Positions 25,182 to 35,401 are shown, counted from the first letter of the stretch. The stretch is 64,000 nt of DNA from an uncultured Alphaproteobacteria bacterium (GCA_902518895.1 CABYHL010000001.1:10423-74422); one strand, 5' to 3'. A program made the numbers and translations. Notes: generated by a model not told the origin, from the letters alone.

Positions 25182-26096
25182 TTGATAAAGAATATAAAAA
25201 TTAAAAAAGATTTTGATATAAGATTAGATAAATATTTGAAAAATTTATATTCTTCTCTTACGCAAAGCTTTGTTGAAAGAAATATTAGAAAAAAAAATAT
25301 TTTAATCAATGATTCACGTACTAAAGCAAATTATATCGTTAAAATAAATGACAATTTAAAAATTTTAAATTTTCATGACAAAATATATAAAAATAGAATA
25401 ACTTTTAAAAAAAATATTAATATTTCAAATAAAGATTTAGCAAATTTTAATAAATCAATTATTTTTGAAAATAATGATTTCTTAGTTCTAAATAAATGGG
25501 CTGAAATAGCTACACAGGGTGGAAGTAAAATAAACGTTTCTATAGACCATATTATAAAAAATATTAATTCAAATTACAGGCTTGTTCACAGACTTGATAA
25601 AGAGACTACAGGCTTGCTTTTAATTGCTAAAAATTTAAATTATGCAAAATATTTGTCATTGCTTTTTAAACAAAAAAAAATAAATAAGTTTTACATAGCT
25701 CTATGTGAAGGAATTCCTAGAAATAATATTTCTCAAGTAAATTTACAAGTTAGAAATAAAAAACAAAAACTTGAGAATACTCTAACTAATTACAAACTTA
25801 TTTATAAAAAAAATAGTTTATCACAAATTTTGTATAGTCCCAAAACTGGAAAAACTCATCAATTAAGAATTGTTTCAAAAAATCTTGGATGTCCAATTAT
25901 AGGAGATAACAAATATAATAGTTTTTCAAAATTTAAAAACGAAAAACTAAAACTTCATGCTTATAGTTTAAACTTCAGAATAGAGAATGAAGATTTTGAT
26001 TTTGTAGCAGATTTGCCTAATCATTTTTTAACATTTTTAAAAAAAAATAAATTAAAAATAAACAAAAATATTTATAAAAACTTAGATACTTTTTAG
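25182..26096 (+). CDS. rluC: RluA-family 23S rRNA pseudouridine synthase with S4 domain (RluC-like)
   Basis: RLDKYL S4 domain, catalytic VHRLDKETTG, GKTHQLR, PIIGD.KY. Confidence 0.85.
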   Translation: MIKNIKIKKDFDIRLDKYLKNLYSSLTQSFVERNIRKKNILINDSRTKANYIVKINDNLKILNFHDKIYKNRITFKKNINISNKDLANFNKSIIFENNDFLVLNKWAEIATQGGSKINVSIDHIIKNINSNYRLVHRLDKETTGLLLIAKNLNYAKYLSLLFKQKKINKFYIALCEGIPRNNISQVNLQVRNKKQKLENTLTNYKLIYKKNSLSQILYSPKTGKTHQLRIVSKNLGCPIIGDNKYNSFSKFKNEKLKLHAYSLNFRIENEDFDFVADLPNHFLTFLKKNKLKINKNIYKNLDTF

Positions 26097-26729
26097 TTTA
26101 TTAATAAATATATCTTTAAAACTTTCATCAAATTCATTTTGATCTAATTTTATACCTAATTCTTCCATAGAAGTATTTTTATATTCTTTTAAACCACATG
26201 AGTGAATATAATCGTAATATTTAAGATCAGGATTAATATTAAAACTCATTCCGTGATAAGTAATCCATTTTTTTACTCTAAGACCGATAGCGCCAATTTT
26301 TTTTTCTTTATCAAAAGTTATTTTATTATTTTTAATTACCCAAATACCAACTCTATCTTTGAAGGCTTTAGCTTCAATATGGTAATTTTTTAAAAAGGTA
26401 ATTAATGAATCTTCAATAATAGAAATGAACTTTCGTATATCTTTTTTTTTATTATTTAAATTTAACATAAAATAAACAATTCTTTGACCTGGACCATGGT
26501 ATGTTGTTTTACCTCCACGATTTGTTTTAATTACATCAATAATACTCGAGTTTAATACCTCATTATTTTTAGCACTAGTTCCTTGAGTAAAAATATGATT
26601 ATGAGTTAAAAACCATAATAATTCTTTAGATAGATTGTTATTTATATTTTCTACTTTTGATTCCATAAATAGGATTGCTTCATCATAATTTATTTCATCC
26701 CTAGATATTTTAATTTCAATCTCTTCCAT
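26082..26729 (-). CDS. lipB: Lipoyl(octanoyl) transferase
   Basis: RGGKTTYHGPGQ, KIGAIG, HG..FN, SCG. Confidence 0.96.
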   Translation of the reverse strand: MEEIEIKISRDEINYDEAILFMESKVENINNNLSKELLWFLTHNHIFTQGTSAKNNEVLNSSIIDVIKTNRGGKTTYHGPGQRIVYFMLNLNNKKKDIRKFISIIEDSLITFLKNYHIEAKAFKDRVGIWVIKNNKITFDKEKKIGAIGLRVKKWITYHGMSFNINPDLKYYDYIHSCGLKEYKNTSMEELGIKLDQNEFDESFKDIFINKLKSI

Positions 26730-26751
26730 CTTCTTTATTTTACTTTATTGC

Positions 26752-26780
26752 TTGTTAATATTCTATCTGATATTTAATCT
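26752..26780 (+). promoter_or_regulatory. Putative sigma70 promoter for tRNA-Leu/mgtE
   Basis: TTGTTA (26752-26757)-N17-TAATCT (26775-26780), 9 nt before the tRNA 5' end. Confidence 0.5.
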
Positions 26781-26789
26781 TCTATATAG

Positions 26790-26876
26790 GCGGCTGTGGC
26801 GGAATTGGTATACGCGCAGCGTTGAGGTCGCTGTGGGATTTATCCTGTGGAAGTTCAAGTCTTCTCAGCCGCACCA
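26790..26876 (+). tRNA. tRNA-Leu (anticodon GAG), CCA encoded
   Basis: Acceptor stem GCGGCTG/CAGCCGC + A-CCA; D-loop GGAATTGGTATAC; anticodon arm CAGCG-TTGAGGT-CGCTG; long variable arm; T-loop GTTCAAGTC; 87 nt. Confidence 0.97.
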
Positions 26877-26882
26877 ATTTAT

Positions 26883-28250
26883 ATGGATGAAATTATTATT
26901 AACAAAGATCAGGATTCTTCAAGTAAATCAGTTGAATTAGTAACTGATTATTTAGAAAATTATAAATATGATAAAGCTTTATCTTATTTAAAAGATATTC
27001 ATAATGCTGATATTGCAGATGTTCTTCAAAATTTAGACCCAGTTTTAAGATTAAGCCTTTTGAATATAATTGATAAGAAGTTTGATCCTGAAATTTTAAC
27101 TTATTTAAATGATAGTGTTAGAGAAGAAATAATAGAAACTTTGGATATAAAACAATTAGCTAATAATGCTAAAAGTTTAGATACTGATGATGCTGTCGAC
27201 TTAGCTGAGGATTTAGAAGAAAAAGATCAGACAATATTCTTAGAAAATTTAGATAAAGAAGAGCGTACATTGGTTGAAGAAGGATTAAAGTACCCTGAGG
27301 ATTCTGCCGGAAGATTAATGCAAAGACAATTTGTTGCAGTTAATCAATCATGGAATGTTGGTCAAGCAATTGATTATTTACGAAACAATAAAGGAAATTT
27401 ACCTGAAGATTTTTATGATATTTACTTAATCAATAATAATAAAGAAGCAAAAGGAGTAGTTCCGTTGGGAAGATTAATGGGTTCAAAAAGAGAAATAGAA
27501 TTAAATTCAATAACAAATAAAGATTTAAGATTAATAGATGTAAATACAGATCAAGAGGATGTAGCTTTATTATTTAATAAATATGGATTAGTCAGTGCCC
27601 CAGTGATTAATAATCAAAAAAAAATTATTGGATCAATTACAGTTGATGATGTTGTAGAGGTTATAGAAGAAGAGAGAGAGGAAGATATTTTAAAGCTTGG
27701 AGGTGTAGATCATACAGATTTGTATGAGTCAGTTATTACTACAACAAAATCTAGAATTTCATGGTTAATTATAAATTTAATGACAGCTGTAGTCGCTTCT
27801 ATAGTCATAGGTCTATTTGAAGTTGCCATAGAAAAAGTAGTAGCCTTAGCTATTTTAATGCCAATCGTAGCTTCAATGGGTGCCAATGCCGGCACTCAAA
27901 CTTTAACAGTTGCAGTGAGAGCTATTGCTGTGAAAGAATTAACAGCTAGCAATGCTCTAAAAATTATTACTAAAGAGACTCTTATTGGTGGTATAAATGG
28001 CATTATATTCGCTATTATAATATCTTTAATTTCTATTTATTGGTTTGATAATCTGCTTTTGGGTTTAATAATAGGTCTTGCCATGATATTAAATTTAATT
28101 ATTGCTGGTTTTTCAGGAATTGTAATTCCACTAATTTTAGATAAGTTGAAAATTGATCCTGCTTTAGCATCTGCTGTAATTTTGACTACAATAACAGATG
28201 TTTTTGGTTTTCTATCTTTTCTAGGATTAGCAACTTTATTTTTAATATAA
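26883..28250 (+). CDS. mgtE: Magnesium transporter MgtE
   Basis: YPEDSAGRLM, CBS pair, MPIVASMG.NAGTQT, DPALAS..TT.TD; start moved to ATG 26883 because the longer ORF start lies inside the tRNA. Confidence 0.96.
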   Translation: MDEIIINKDQDSSSKSVELVTDYLENYKYDKALSYLKDIHNADIADVLQNLDPVLRLSLLNIIDKKFDPEILTYLNDSVREEIIETLDIKQLANNAKSLDTDDAVDLAEDLEEKDQTIFLENLDKEERTLVEEGLKYPEDSAGRLMQRQFVAVNQSWNVGQAIDYLRNNKGNLPEDFYDIYLINNNKEAKGVVPLGRLMGSKREIELNSITNKDLRLIDVNTDQEDVALLFNKYGLVSAPVINNQKKIIGSITVDDVVEVIEEEREEDILKLGGVDHTDLYESVITTTKSRISWLIINLMTAVVASIVIGLFEVAIEKVVALAILMPIVASMGANAGTQTLTVAVRAIAVKELTASNALKIITKETLIGGINGIIFAIIISLISIYWFDNLLLGLIIGLAMILNLIIAGFSGIVIPLILDKLKIDPALASAVILTTITDVFGFLSFLGLATLFLI

Positions 28251-28273
28251 TCTGGCCTATTTAAGTTAAATCA

Positions 28274-29614
28274 ATGCTAAAAAAAAATGATCTAATAGAT
28301 TACTTTTATAAAGGAATTAAAGACAAGAATGACTTACGCATAGGAGTAGAACACGAGAAATTTGTTTTAGACAAAAACAATTTACACCAATTATCTTATG
28401 AAGAGTCAAACGGCATAAAAGATATTCTTTTAAAATTTGTAAATAAGGGATGGAAACCAAAGTATGATGATAAAAATACTGTAATAATTGCTCTAGAAAG
28501 ATTCGGTGAAAGTATAACTTTAGAACCAGGCGGTCAGATTGAATTATCTGGAGCTCAATTAAAAAATATTCATCAAACCTGCACAGAAACGAATAGGCAT
28601 TTAAAAGAATTAAAAGAAATTGGTGAAGAATTTAATTTTATATTACTGGGCTTAGGCGTGGAACCTAGTTTATCTCTTGATGAATTGCCTTGGATGCCAA
28701 AACAAAGATACTCCATAATGAAAAAATATATGCCTAAAGTTGGTACTCTGGGACATCATATGATGAAACGTACTTGCACAAACCAAGTAAATTTGGATTA
28801 TCATTCTGAAGAAGATATGATTGCTAAGTATAGATTAATGTTAAATCTTGAAGGAATTGCAACTGCAATATTTGCTAACTCACCATTTGATCAAAAAAAA
28901 GTATCTAAATATAAGAGTTTAAGATCTCATTTTTGGCATCACACAGATAAAGATAGAACAGGTTTATTACCATTTGCTTTTGATAAAGATTTTAATTTTG
29001 AAAAATATGCTGAATATGCTCTTGATGTGCCAATGTATTTTGTAATTAGAAATCATAAATATATAGATATGACCGATTATACTTTTAGAGATTTTATGAA
29101 TAACAACATCTCCAAAGATTTGCACATTGAAACCACTATTGAAGATTGGATAAACCATTTATCAACTTTATTTCCTCAAGTTAGATTAAAGCAATTCTTA
29201 GAAATTCGTTCCATGGATGCATGTTCATGGAGTTTAATATGTTCCCAACCTGCTTTTTGGATTGGTATTTTATATAATGATGAATCTATTGATAAAACAA
29301 ATGAAATAGTTGAGGGCTGGACTCAAAAAGATAGAAATTTGATTAATAGTTTAGTGCCAAAAGAAGGTCTGCAAACCAAATTCAAAAATGGCATTTTGTT
29401 AGATATTGCACAAAAATTATTTGAAATTTCAAAATCAGGTTTAGAAAAAAGAAATATTCTAGTCAAAAATGAAAAATATAATGAAACATTTTATCTTAAA
29501 GATTTAGAACAAAATCTATCAAATGGCCATTCACCGGCTGATTTACTAATTAGCAAATATAATGGTGAATGGAAAAAAAATATTAATAAAATATATGAGG
29601 AAGAAATATTCTAA
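28274..29614 (+). CDS. gshA: Glutamate--cysteine ligase (alphaproteobacterial/plant type)
   Basis: RIGVEHEKF, TLEPGGQIELSG, WMPK.RY, FANSPF, HLSTLFP.VRLK..LE.R. Confidence 0.95.
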   Translation: MLKKNDLIDYFYKGIKDKNDLRIGVEHEKFVLDKNNLHQLSYEESNGIKDILLKFVNKGWKPKYDDKNTVIIALERFGESITLEPGGQIELSGAQLKNIHQTCTETNRHLKELKEIGEEFNFILLGLGVEPSLSLDELPWMPKQRYSIMKKYMPKVGTLGHHMMKRTCTNQVNLDYHSEEDMIAKYRLMLNLEGIATAIFANSPFDQKKVSKYKSLRSHFWHHTDKDRTGLLPFAFDKDFNFEKYAEYALDVPMYFVIRNHKYIDMTDYTFRDFMNNNISKDLHIETTIEDWINHLSTLFPQVRLKQFLEIRSMDACSWSLICSQPAFWIGILYNDESIDKTNEIVEGWTQKDRNLINSLVPKEGLQTKFKNGILLDIAQKLFEISKSGLEKRNILVKNEKYNETFYLKDLEQNLSNGHSPADLLISKYNGEWKKNINKIYEEEIF

Positions 29615-30552
29615 TGAAAAAAAATATAGCAATTCAAATGGATGATATTGAAAAAATTGATTATGAATTCGATACATCTTTTTTAATAGGTTATGAGGCG
29701 CAAGAAAGAGATTATGATATTTTTTATTACAATCCAAAAGATTTATTCATAAAAGAGAATACTATTCAAGCATCTGGATATTATTTAGAGTTATTGCTAG
29801 ATGAAAAAAATTATTTCAATTTTAAATCTAATAAAATAATTGCCAAATTAGAAGATTTTCAATTTGTCTTTTTAAGACAAGATCCTCCTTTTGATATGAA
29901 TTATATCACATCGACTTATATTTTGGACTTACTTCCATCTTCAACAATTGTTGTGAATGATCCAACAGCAGTTAGAAATTCTACTGAAAAATTATTTACA
30001 TTTAATTTTAAAGAATTTATGCCACCTACATTAGTAACAAAAGATTTAAAAATTATTGAAGAATTTTTAGATAAAGAAGAAGATATCATAACCAAACCTC
30101 TTTATGGTAATGGAGGGGATGGGATACATAGATTTGATAAAAGTAATTTCAATTCTAAAATATTAGAGGAATATTTACACTTGCCTATAATGGTCCAAAA
30201 ATTTATCAATGAGATAGAGTATGGAGACAGGAGGATCGTTTTTTTTGATGGTGAATATTTTGGTTCAGTTGCTAGAATACCCCAAGAAGGTAATTTAAAG
30301 GCAAATTTTCATGCTGGTGGAAAGGCAAGTAAAACTGACTTAGTTTATAGAGACAAAGAAATCATCGAAAATTTGGGACCGAAGCTAAAAGAGCACAATC
30401 TGTTTTTTGTTGGAATTGATATAATTGGAAATTATCTAACAGAAATAAACGTAACTTCACCTACAGGATTGAAGCAAATTAATGCATTAAACAACGTAAA
30501 ATTAGAGAAAGATTTTTGGGATAAGCTTGAAGCAAAATATAAATTAGTTTAA
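29614..30552 (+). CDS. gshB: Glutathione synthetase
   Basis: RQDPPFDM.YI..T, KPL.GNGG, EINVTSPTG. Confidence 0.97.
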   Translation: MKKNIAIQMDDIEKIDYEFDTSFLIGYEAQERDYDIFYYNPKDLFIKENTIQASGYYLELLLDEKNYFNFKSNKIIAKLEDFQFVFLRQDPPFDMNYITSTYILDLLPSSTIVVNDPTAVRNSTEKLFTFNFKEFMPPTLVTKDLKIIEEFLDKEEDIITKPLYGNGGDGIHRFDKSNFNSKILEEYLHLPIMVQKFINEIEYGDRRIVFFDGEYFGSVARIPQEGNLKANFHAGGKASKTDLVYRDKEIIENLGPKLKEHNLFFVGIDIIGNYLTEINVTSPTGLKQINALNNVKLEKDFWDKLEAKYKLV

Positions 30553-30575
30553 TTATAGTATTTAAAGGAAAACAT

Positions 30576-31142
30576 ATGCACGAAAATAGAATTTTAATAC
30601 ACAAACTAAAAAACTTTGAAAATATAAATTCAAATTTTCTTATAATAACCTTGATGTTATTTGGTTCAATTTTACTAGCGATTTCCGCTAGAGTTCAAGT
30701 ACCATTTTGGCCAGTGCCAATGACAATGCAGACGTTTGTTATATTCTTAATAGGAATGACATATAGTGTAAGATTATCTTTTGCCACAGTTGCATTTTAC
30801 CTTTTTCAAGGAGCTATAGGGCTCCCTGTTTTTGCAGCCGGTGGTGGAGTTGCTTATTTAGTTGGGCCAACAGCAGGATATCTTTATGGCATGTTATTTG
30901 CATCTATTGTTATAAGTTATTTAGCAAATTTAGGTTTTAGTAAAACATATTTTAAAGCTACAGTATCTCTCTTAATTGGTTCTGCTATTATTTTTTCATT
31001 TGGCATCATCTATCTTGGTTATATTATTGGTTTTGAAAAAGCAGTAGCCGCTGGTCTTTTACCATTTATTCCAAGTGAATTGTTTAAAATTGCATTAGCA
31101 GTTGCTTTGATCCCAACTTTACATAAAATTATTACAAAATAA
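30576..31142 (+). CDS. bioY: Biotin transporter BioY (solitary S-component)
   Basis: PVPMTMQT, G..GLPVFA, GPTAGYL.G. Confidence 0.93.
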   Translation: MHENRILIHKLKNFENINSNFLIITLMLFGSILLAISARVQVPFWPVPMTMQTFVIFLIGMTYSVRLSFATVAFYLFQGAIGLPVFAAGGGVAYLVGPTAGYLYGMLFASIVISYLANLGFSKTYFKATVSLLIGSAIIFSFGIIYLGYIIGFEKAVAAGLLPFIPSELFKIALAVALIPTLHKIITK

Positions 31143-31148
31143 TAATTA

Positions 31149-32039
31149 ATGAAAATCGGTATTGATGTAGGCGGTACCAAAACTGAGGGTATTCTTATAG
31201 ATCCAAATGGAACGGAAATAGATAGAAAAAGAATTAATACTGAAAAAAGTTATGATGGGACAATTAAGGGAATACTATCCATTATAAATCATTTTGAAGA
31301 TAAACACGGCAAAGCAGAATCTGTTGGTATGGGAATGCCAGGAGCCATATCAAATGATACAGCTCTAATCAAAAACGCTAATTCTATATGGTTAAATGGC
31401 AAACCTTTTAAGCAAGATTTAGATAAAATTTTAAGTAGAAATGTGAATTTGGAAAATGATGCTAATTGTTTTACTCTTTCTGAAGCGGTAGATGGAGCTG
31501 GTAAAGGGTTTGAAATTGTTTTCGGAGTCATAATAGGAACTGGTGTAGGCGGTGGTATCAGTATCAATCAAAAAGTAATAAGAGGTCGTAATAGCATTAG
31601 CGGAGAGTGGGGGCACATTGTTTTGCCCAGTAGAACAGAAGATGAAAAAAAATATGTTAAAAAATGTTATTGTGGAAAAGATGGGTGCTTAGAGACCTAT
31701 ATATCTGGACCAGGCTTTTCATCTGTCTATAATTTACGTTGCAATAAAAATTATAATTCACATCAAATATTAGATGGTTTTAATAATAAAGAAAAAGATA
31801 GTATCTTTGCACTAAATCAATATGTCGATCATTTAGCAAGAGGCTTATCTTTAGTTTGTAATATCCTTGATCCAGATGTGATTGTTTTGGGTGGAGGTAT
31901 GTCAAACATCGATTTTATTTACGAAAATATAAATGATGCTCTAAAAAAATATGTTTTTACAGATACGCTTCACACAAAAGTTGTAAAAAATATTCATGGT
32001 GATTCAAGTGGCGTAAGAGGGGCTGCTTGGCTTTCTTAA
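31149..32039 (+). CDS. ROK-family sugar kinase (Mak/fructokinase-like)
   Basis: GIDVGGTK, ENDAN, GTGVGGG, GEWGH, CYCG..GCLE; no HTH domain. Confidence 0.9.
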   Translation: MKIGIDVGGTKTEGILIDPNGTEIDRKRINTEKSYDGTIKGILSIINHFEDKHGKAESVGMGMPGAISNDTALIKNANSIWLNGKPFKQDLDKILSRNVNLENDANCFTLSEAVDGAGKGFEIVFGVIIGTGVGGGISINQKVIRGRNSISGEWGHIVLPSRTEDEKKYVKKCYCGKDGCLETYISGPGFSSVYNLRCNKNYNSHQILDGFNNKEKDSIFALNQYVDHLARGLSLVCNILDPDVIVLGGGMSNIDFIYENINDALKKYVFTDTLHTKVVKNIHGDSSGVRGAAWLS

Positions 32040-33487
32040 ATACCACCCATTGAAATATATTTTATAGTTAAATAGTCATCAAGGCCATAACGAGAACCTT
32101 CTCTTCCCATTCCTGATTCTTTTACACCTCCAAAAGGAACTTCAGCAATTGTTGGTAGCCCATTATTGATAGATACAATCCCATATTCAAGTGCTTCAGC
32201 AACTCTCCAAATTCTTCCAATGTCTCTTGAATAGAAATATGAAGCTAATCCATATGGTGTATCATTAGCCATTTTAATCACTTCATCATCACTGGAAAAT
32301 TTATAAAGAGGAGCAACAGGTCCAAATGTTTCTTCAAAAGTTATTTTTGCCTTTGTAGATACATTAGAGAGAACAGTTGGTTGATAGAAATTCCCACCAA
32401 GCGAATGCACATCTCCACCAATTGCTATTTTAGCTCCTGTGTTCACTGCATCTTGAACATGATCAACTACTTTTTCTAAAGAGGATTGATCAATTAACGG
32501 ACCAGATGTAATTCCGTCTTCAAGTCCATTGCCCACTGTTATTTTACTGACTTCATTTGTAAATTTTTCCAGGAATTCATCATAAATATTTTCATGCACA
32601 AATATTCTATTTGAACAAATACATGTTTGACCACTATTTCTAAATTTACTTTGAAGAGCTCCTGCAACAGCTTCATCCATATCTGCATCATCAAAAACAA
32701 TAAATGGTGCGTGACCACCAAGTTCCATAGACACTTTTTTTACTGTTGAGGCACTTTGCTCTAAAAGTATTTTTCCGACTTCCGTAGATCCAGTAAAAGA
32801 AATTTTTCTAACAATAGGATTGCTTGTTAGTTCTTTACCAATTTCACTTGCCGATCCAGTTATTACATTAAATACACCATCTGGGAAACCAGCTTCCTTA
32901 GCAAGTACTGCTACAGCTAATGCTGAATAGGGTGTTTGGCTTGCAGGCTTAACGACTGTCGTACAACCAACAGCAAGAGCGGCTGCACATTTTCTTGTTA
33001 TCATTGAATTTGGAAAATTCCATGGAGTTATCGCTCCAACAACACCAACAGGTTGTTTAATTATTACAATTCTTTTTCCAGGTCTTGGATCAGGAACTAT
33101 GTCACCATAAACTCTTTTTGCTTCTTCAGCATAGAATTCAATATATGAAGCACCCATTAGTATTTCACCCTTTGCTTCAGCTAGAGGTTTACCTTGCTCA
33201 ATAGTCATGATTTTAGCTAAATCATCTGCATTTTCTGTAATTAGCTCACCCCATTTTTTAAGAATAACTGATCTTTCTTTCGCAGTAGTTTCTTTCCAAG
33301 TTTGGAAAGCTGTATTAGCATCATCTATAGCTTTTTTAGTTTCTGAAACTGAGCATTTTGGGACATTGCCAATAATTTCAAGAGAGGCTGGATTATTAAC
33401 CTCAAGAGTTTCACCTGAAGAACTGTCAACCCATTCCCCATTTATGAAACATTTTTGTTTAAAGAGTGATTTGTTATTTAATTCCAT
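32036..33487 (-). CDS. gabD: NAD(P)-dependent succinate-semialdehyde dehydrogenase (GabD/Ssd-like)
   Basis: ITPWNFP..MITRK, SFTGST, SMELGG, FRNSGQTC, EETFGP, GREGS.YG. Confidence 0.88.
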   Translation of the reverse strand: MELNNKSLFKQKCFINGEWVDSSSGETLEVNNPASLEIIGNVPKCSVSETKKAIDDANTAFQTWKETTAKERSVILKKWGELITENADDLAKIMTIEQGKPLAEAKGEILMGASYIEFYAEEAKRVYGDIVPDPRPGKRIVIIKQPVGVVGAITPWNFPNSMITRKCAAALAVGCTTVVKPASQTPYSALAVAVLAKEAGFPDGVFNVITGSASEIGKELTSNPIVRKISFTGSTEVGKILLEQSASTVKKVSMELGGHAPFIVFDDADMDEAVAGALQSKFRNSGQTCICSNRIFVHENIYDEFLEKFTNEVSKITVGNGLEDGITSGPLIDQSSLEKVVDHVQDAVNTGAKIAIGGDVHSLGGNFYQPTVLSNVSTKAKITFEETFGPVAPLYKFSSDDEVIKMANDTPYGLASYFYSRDIGRIWRVAEALEYGIVSINNGLPTIAEVPFGGVKESGMGREGSRYGLDDYLTIKYISMGGI

Positions 33488-33495
33488 AAGTTTTA

Positions 33496-33503
33496 ATTAT
33501 AAT
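33496..33503. promoter_or_regulatory. Palindromic ATTATAAT giving TATAAT on both strands in the 43-bp divergent gap
   Basis: TATAAT at 33498-33503 (+) and 33501-33496 (-). Confidence 0.4.
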
Positions 33504-33530
33504 GCATAGTTTTAAATTAAGGAAAATATA

Positions 33531-34634
33531 ATGACAATAGTTAATTCTTGGAATGAATGGGATCCATTAAAGCATGTTATAGTTGGGGCAGTTGAAAATG
33601 CCAACATACCTCCAATGGAACCAGCGCTTGAACCGAAAATTAGTAAAGATAGTGGTATGGCAGGATCTCACGGACCACGTTCAATGGAGTCAATTGATAA
33701 AGCAAATATACAATTAGAAAACTTTGTTAAAATTTTAAATTCCCTAAATATAAAAGTTGATAGACCAACACCTATTGATTTTTCTCAAAGTATCGAGACA
33801 CCCGATTGGTCTAATGATGGTATGTTTGGTTGTATGCCTCCAAGAGATGTTATTCTTACTGTAGGAAATGAAATGCTAGAGGCGCCCATGTCTTACAGAT
33901 GTAGATGGTTTGAGTACCTTGCTTATAGACCACTACTTGAAAAATATTATGCAGAAGATAAAAACATGAGATGGGAATCAGCACCTAAACCAAGATTAAC
34001 TAATCAATCGTATAAGTCTAATTATCTTCCTGAAGGTATAACGGAAGAAGAACGTTATAAAAAAATTGAAAATAGAGACATGATATTGACAGAAAAAGAA
34101 CCACTTTTTGATGCAGCAGAAATTTTACGCTTTGGAAAAGATCTTTTTTATCATAACAATTTTACATCAAATTTAAGTGGCTTAGATTGGTTAAGAAGAC
34201 ATTATCCAAATCATCGTGTTCATCAAATTAATTTACCAGGTGATTTAATTCCAACTCACATTGATGCATGTTTTACTCCTATTAAACCAGGAGTTATAAT
34301 TATTAATCCGAATAGAAAAATATCATCAGAGCAAAGAAAAATTTTTGATGATAATAAATGGGAAATTCATGAGGCAGCACCTTCTATCCATAATAGTCCA
34401 CCACCTATGTGTTATTCATCAATCTGGTTATCAATGAACGTTTTGATAATTGATCCTAAAACTATATGCGTCGAGGCAACTGAAGAAAAAATGATTAAAC
34501 AAATGGAAAGTTTTGGATTGGATGTCATTCCTGTTCCTTTTAGAGACGTTTATGCATTTGGGGGCAGTCTACATTGTGCCACTACTGATGTTCATAGAGA
34601 TGGTGAGTGTGAGGATTATTTTCCAAATCAATAA
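33531..34634 (+). CDS. Amidinotransferase (AGAT/StrB1-like, pentein superfamily)
   Basis: VNSWNEWDPL..VIVG, PPRD, FDAA (Asp), HID (His), WLSMN, FGGSLHCAT.D (Cys). Confidence 0.9.
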   Translation: MTIVNSWNEWDPLKHVIVGAVENANIPPMEPALEPKISKDSGMAGSHGPRSMESIDKANIQLENFVKILNSLNIKVDRPTPIDFSQSIETPDWSNDGMFGCMPPRDVILTVGNEMLEAPMSYRCRWFEYLAYRPLLEKYYAEDKNMRWESAPKPRLTNQSYKSNYLPEGITEEERYKKIENRDMILTEKEPLFDAAEILRFGKDLFYHNNFTSNLSGLDWLRRHYPNHRVHQINLPGDLIPTHIDACFTPIKPGVIIINPNRKISSEQRKIFDDNKWEIHEAAPSIHNSPPPMCYSSIWLSMNVLIIDPKTICVEATEEKMIKQMESFGLDVIPVPFRDVYAFGGSLHCATTDVHRDGECEDYFPNQ

Positions 34635-35389
34635 TGGATAGTTTTAAACAAAATAATTTTAAAGCCAATTTACATGACACAAGCTTTTCTAGAATTGGTA
34701 TAATTACACTATCAACGGATTTTACTATAGAGCAGGATTTTAGAAAAATTTGCCATAATTTACCAGTTGATCTGTTTTTTAATAGGATACCTTTTTTAAA
34801 TCCTCTAACTCATGAAAATTATATGAGGATGGCTGATCATCTTACAGAAACAACAAACCAAATACTACCCAATGAAAAAATACAAGTTGTAGCGTATGGA
34901 TGTACTTCGGGTACTATTGAAATTGGTGAAAAAAGAATAAGATCTGAAATTTTCAAGGCTAAACCTGATGCCTTAATTACTACACCTGTTACAGCAGCTG
35001 TCAAAGCACTTAAATTGTTAAATCATAAAAAAATTGCTGTTCTTACTCCTTATCCAAAAGATGTTAATGTTAAAGTTTACAAACATTTAAATGATAGTGG
35101 ATTTGAAATTAAATCATTTAGTTCGTTTAACTTAAATTATGATTCGGAAATTGCCAAAGTTACTCATGATAGTTTAATGCAAACAATCTCCTCAATTGAT
35201 TTAACAGATGTTGATAGTATTTTTGTTTCTTGTACTGCATTAAAAGTAATTGATATTATCGAAACATTAGAGTCAAAATTAAGCATAGATATCATTTCAA
35301 GTAATCAAGCTATTATTTGGGATTCATTAAGATTATCTAATATTAATCAAAAAATTGATGGTTTTGGTAACCTCTTTAAATTACATTAA
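34634..35389 (+). CDS. eutA: EutA-like protein (Asp/Glu racemase/maleate isomerase family)
   Basis: RIG.I.L.TD.T.E.DF, YGCTSG, LTPY, FVSCTAL, SSNQA..W; followed by eutB and eutC. Confidence 0.75.
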   Translation: MDSFKQNNFKANLHDTSFSRIGIITLSTDFTIEQDFRKICHNLPVDLFFNRIPFLNPLTHENYMRMADHLTETTNQILPNEKIQVVAYGCTSGTIEIGEKRIRSEIFKAKPDALITTPVTAAVKALKLLNHKKIAVLTPYPKDVNVKVYKHLNDSGFEIKSFSSFNLNYDSEIAKVTHDSLMQTISSIDLTDVDSIFVSCTALKVIDIIETLESKLSIDIISSNQAIIWDSLRLSNINQKIDGFGNLFKLH

Positions 35390-35401
35390 ATAGGGTTTAA
35401 A

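Noticed and set aside
26752-26940. 62-aa ORF and the 12-codon N-terminal extension of mgtE
   Set aside because: Both run through the tRNA-Leu gene and are artefacts of its sequence
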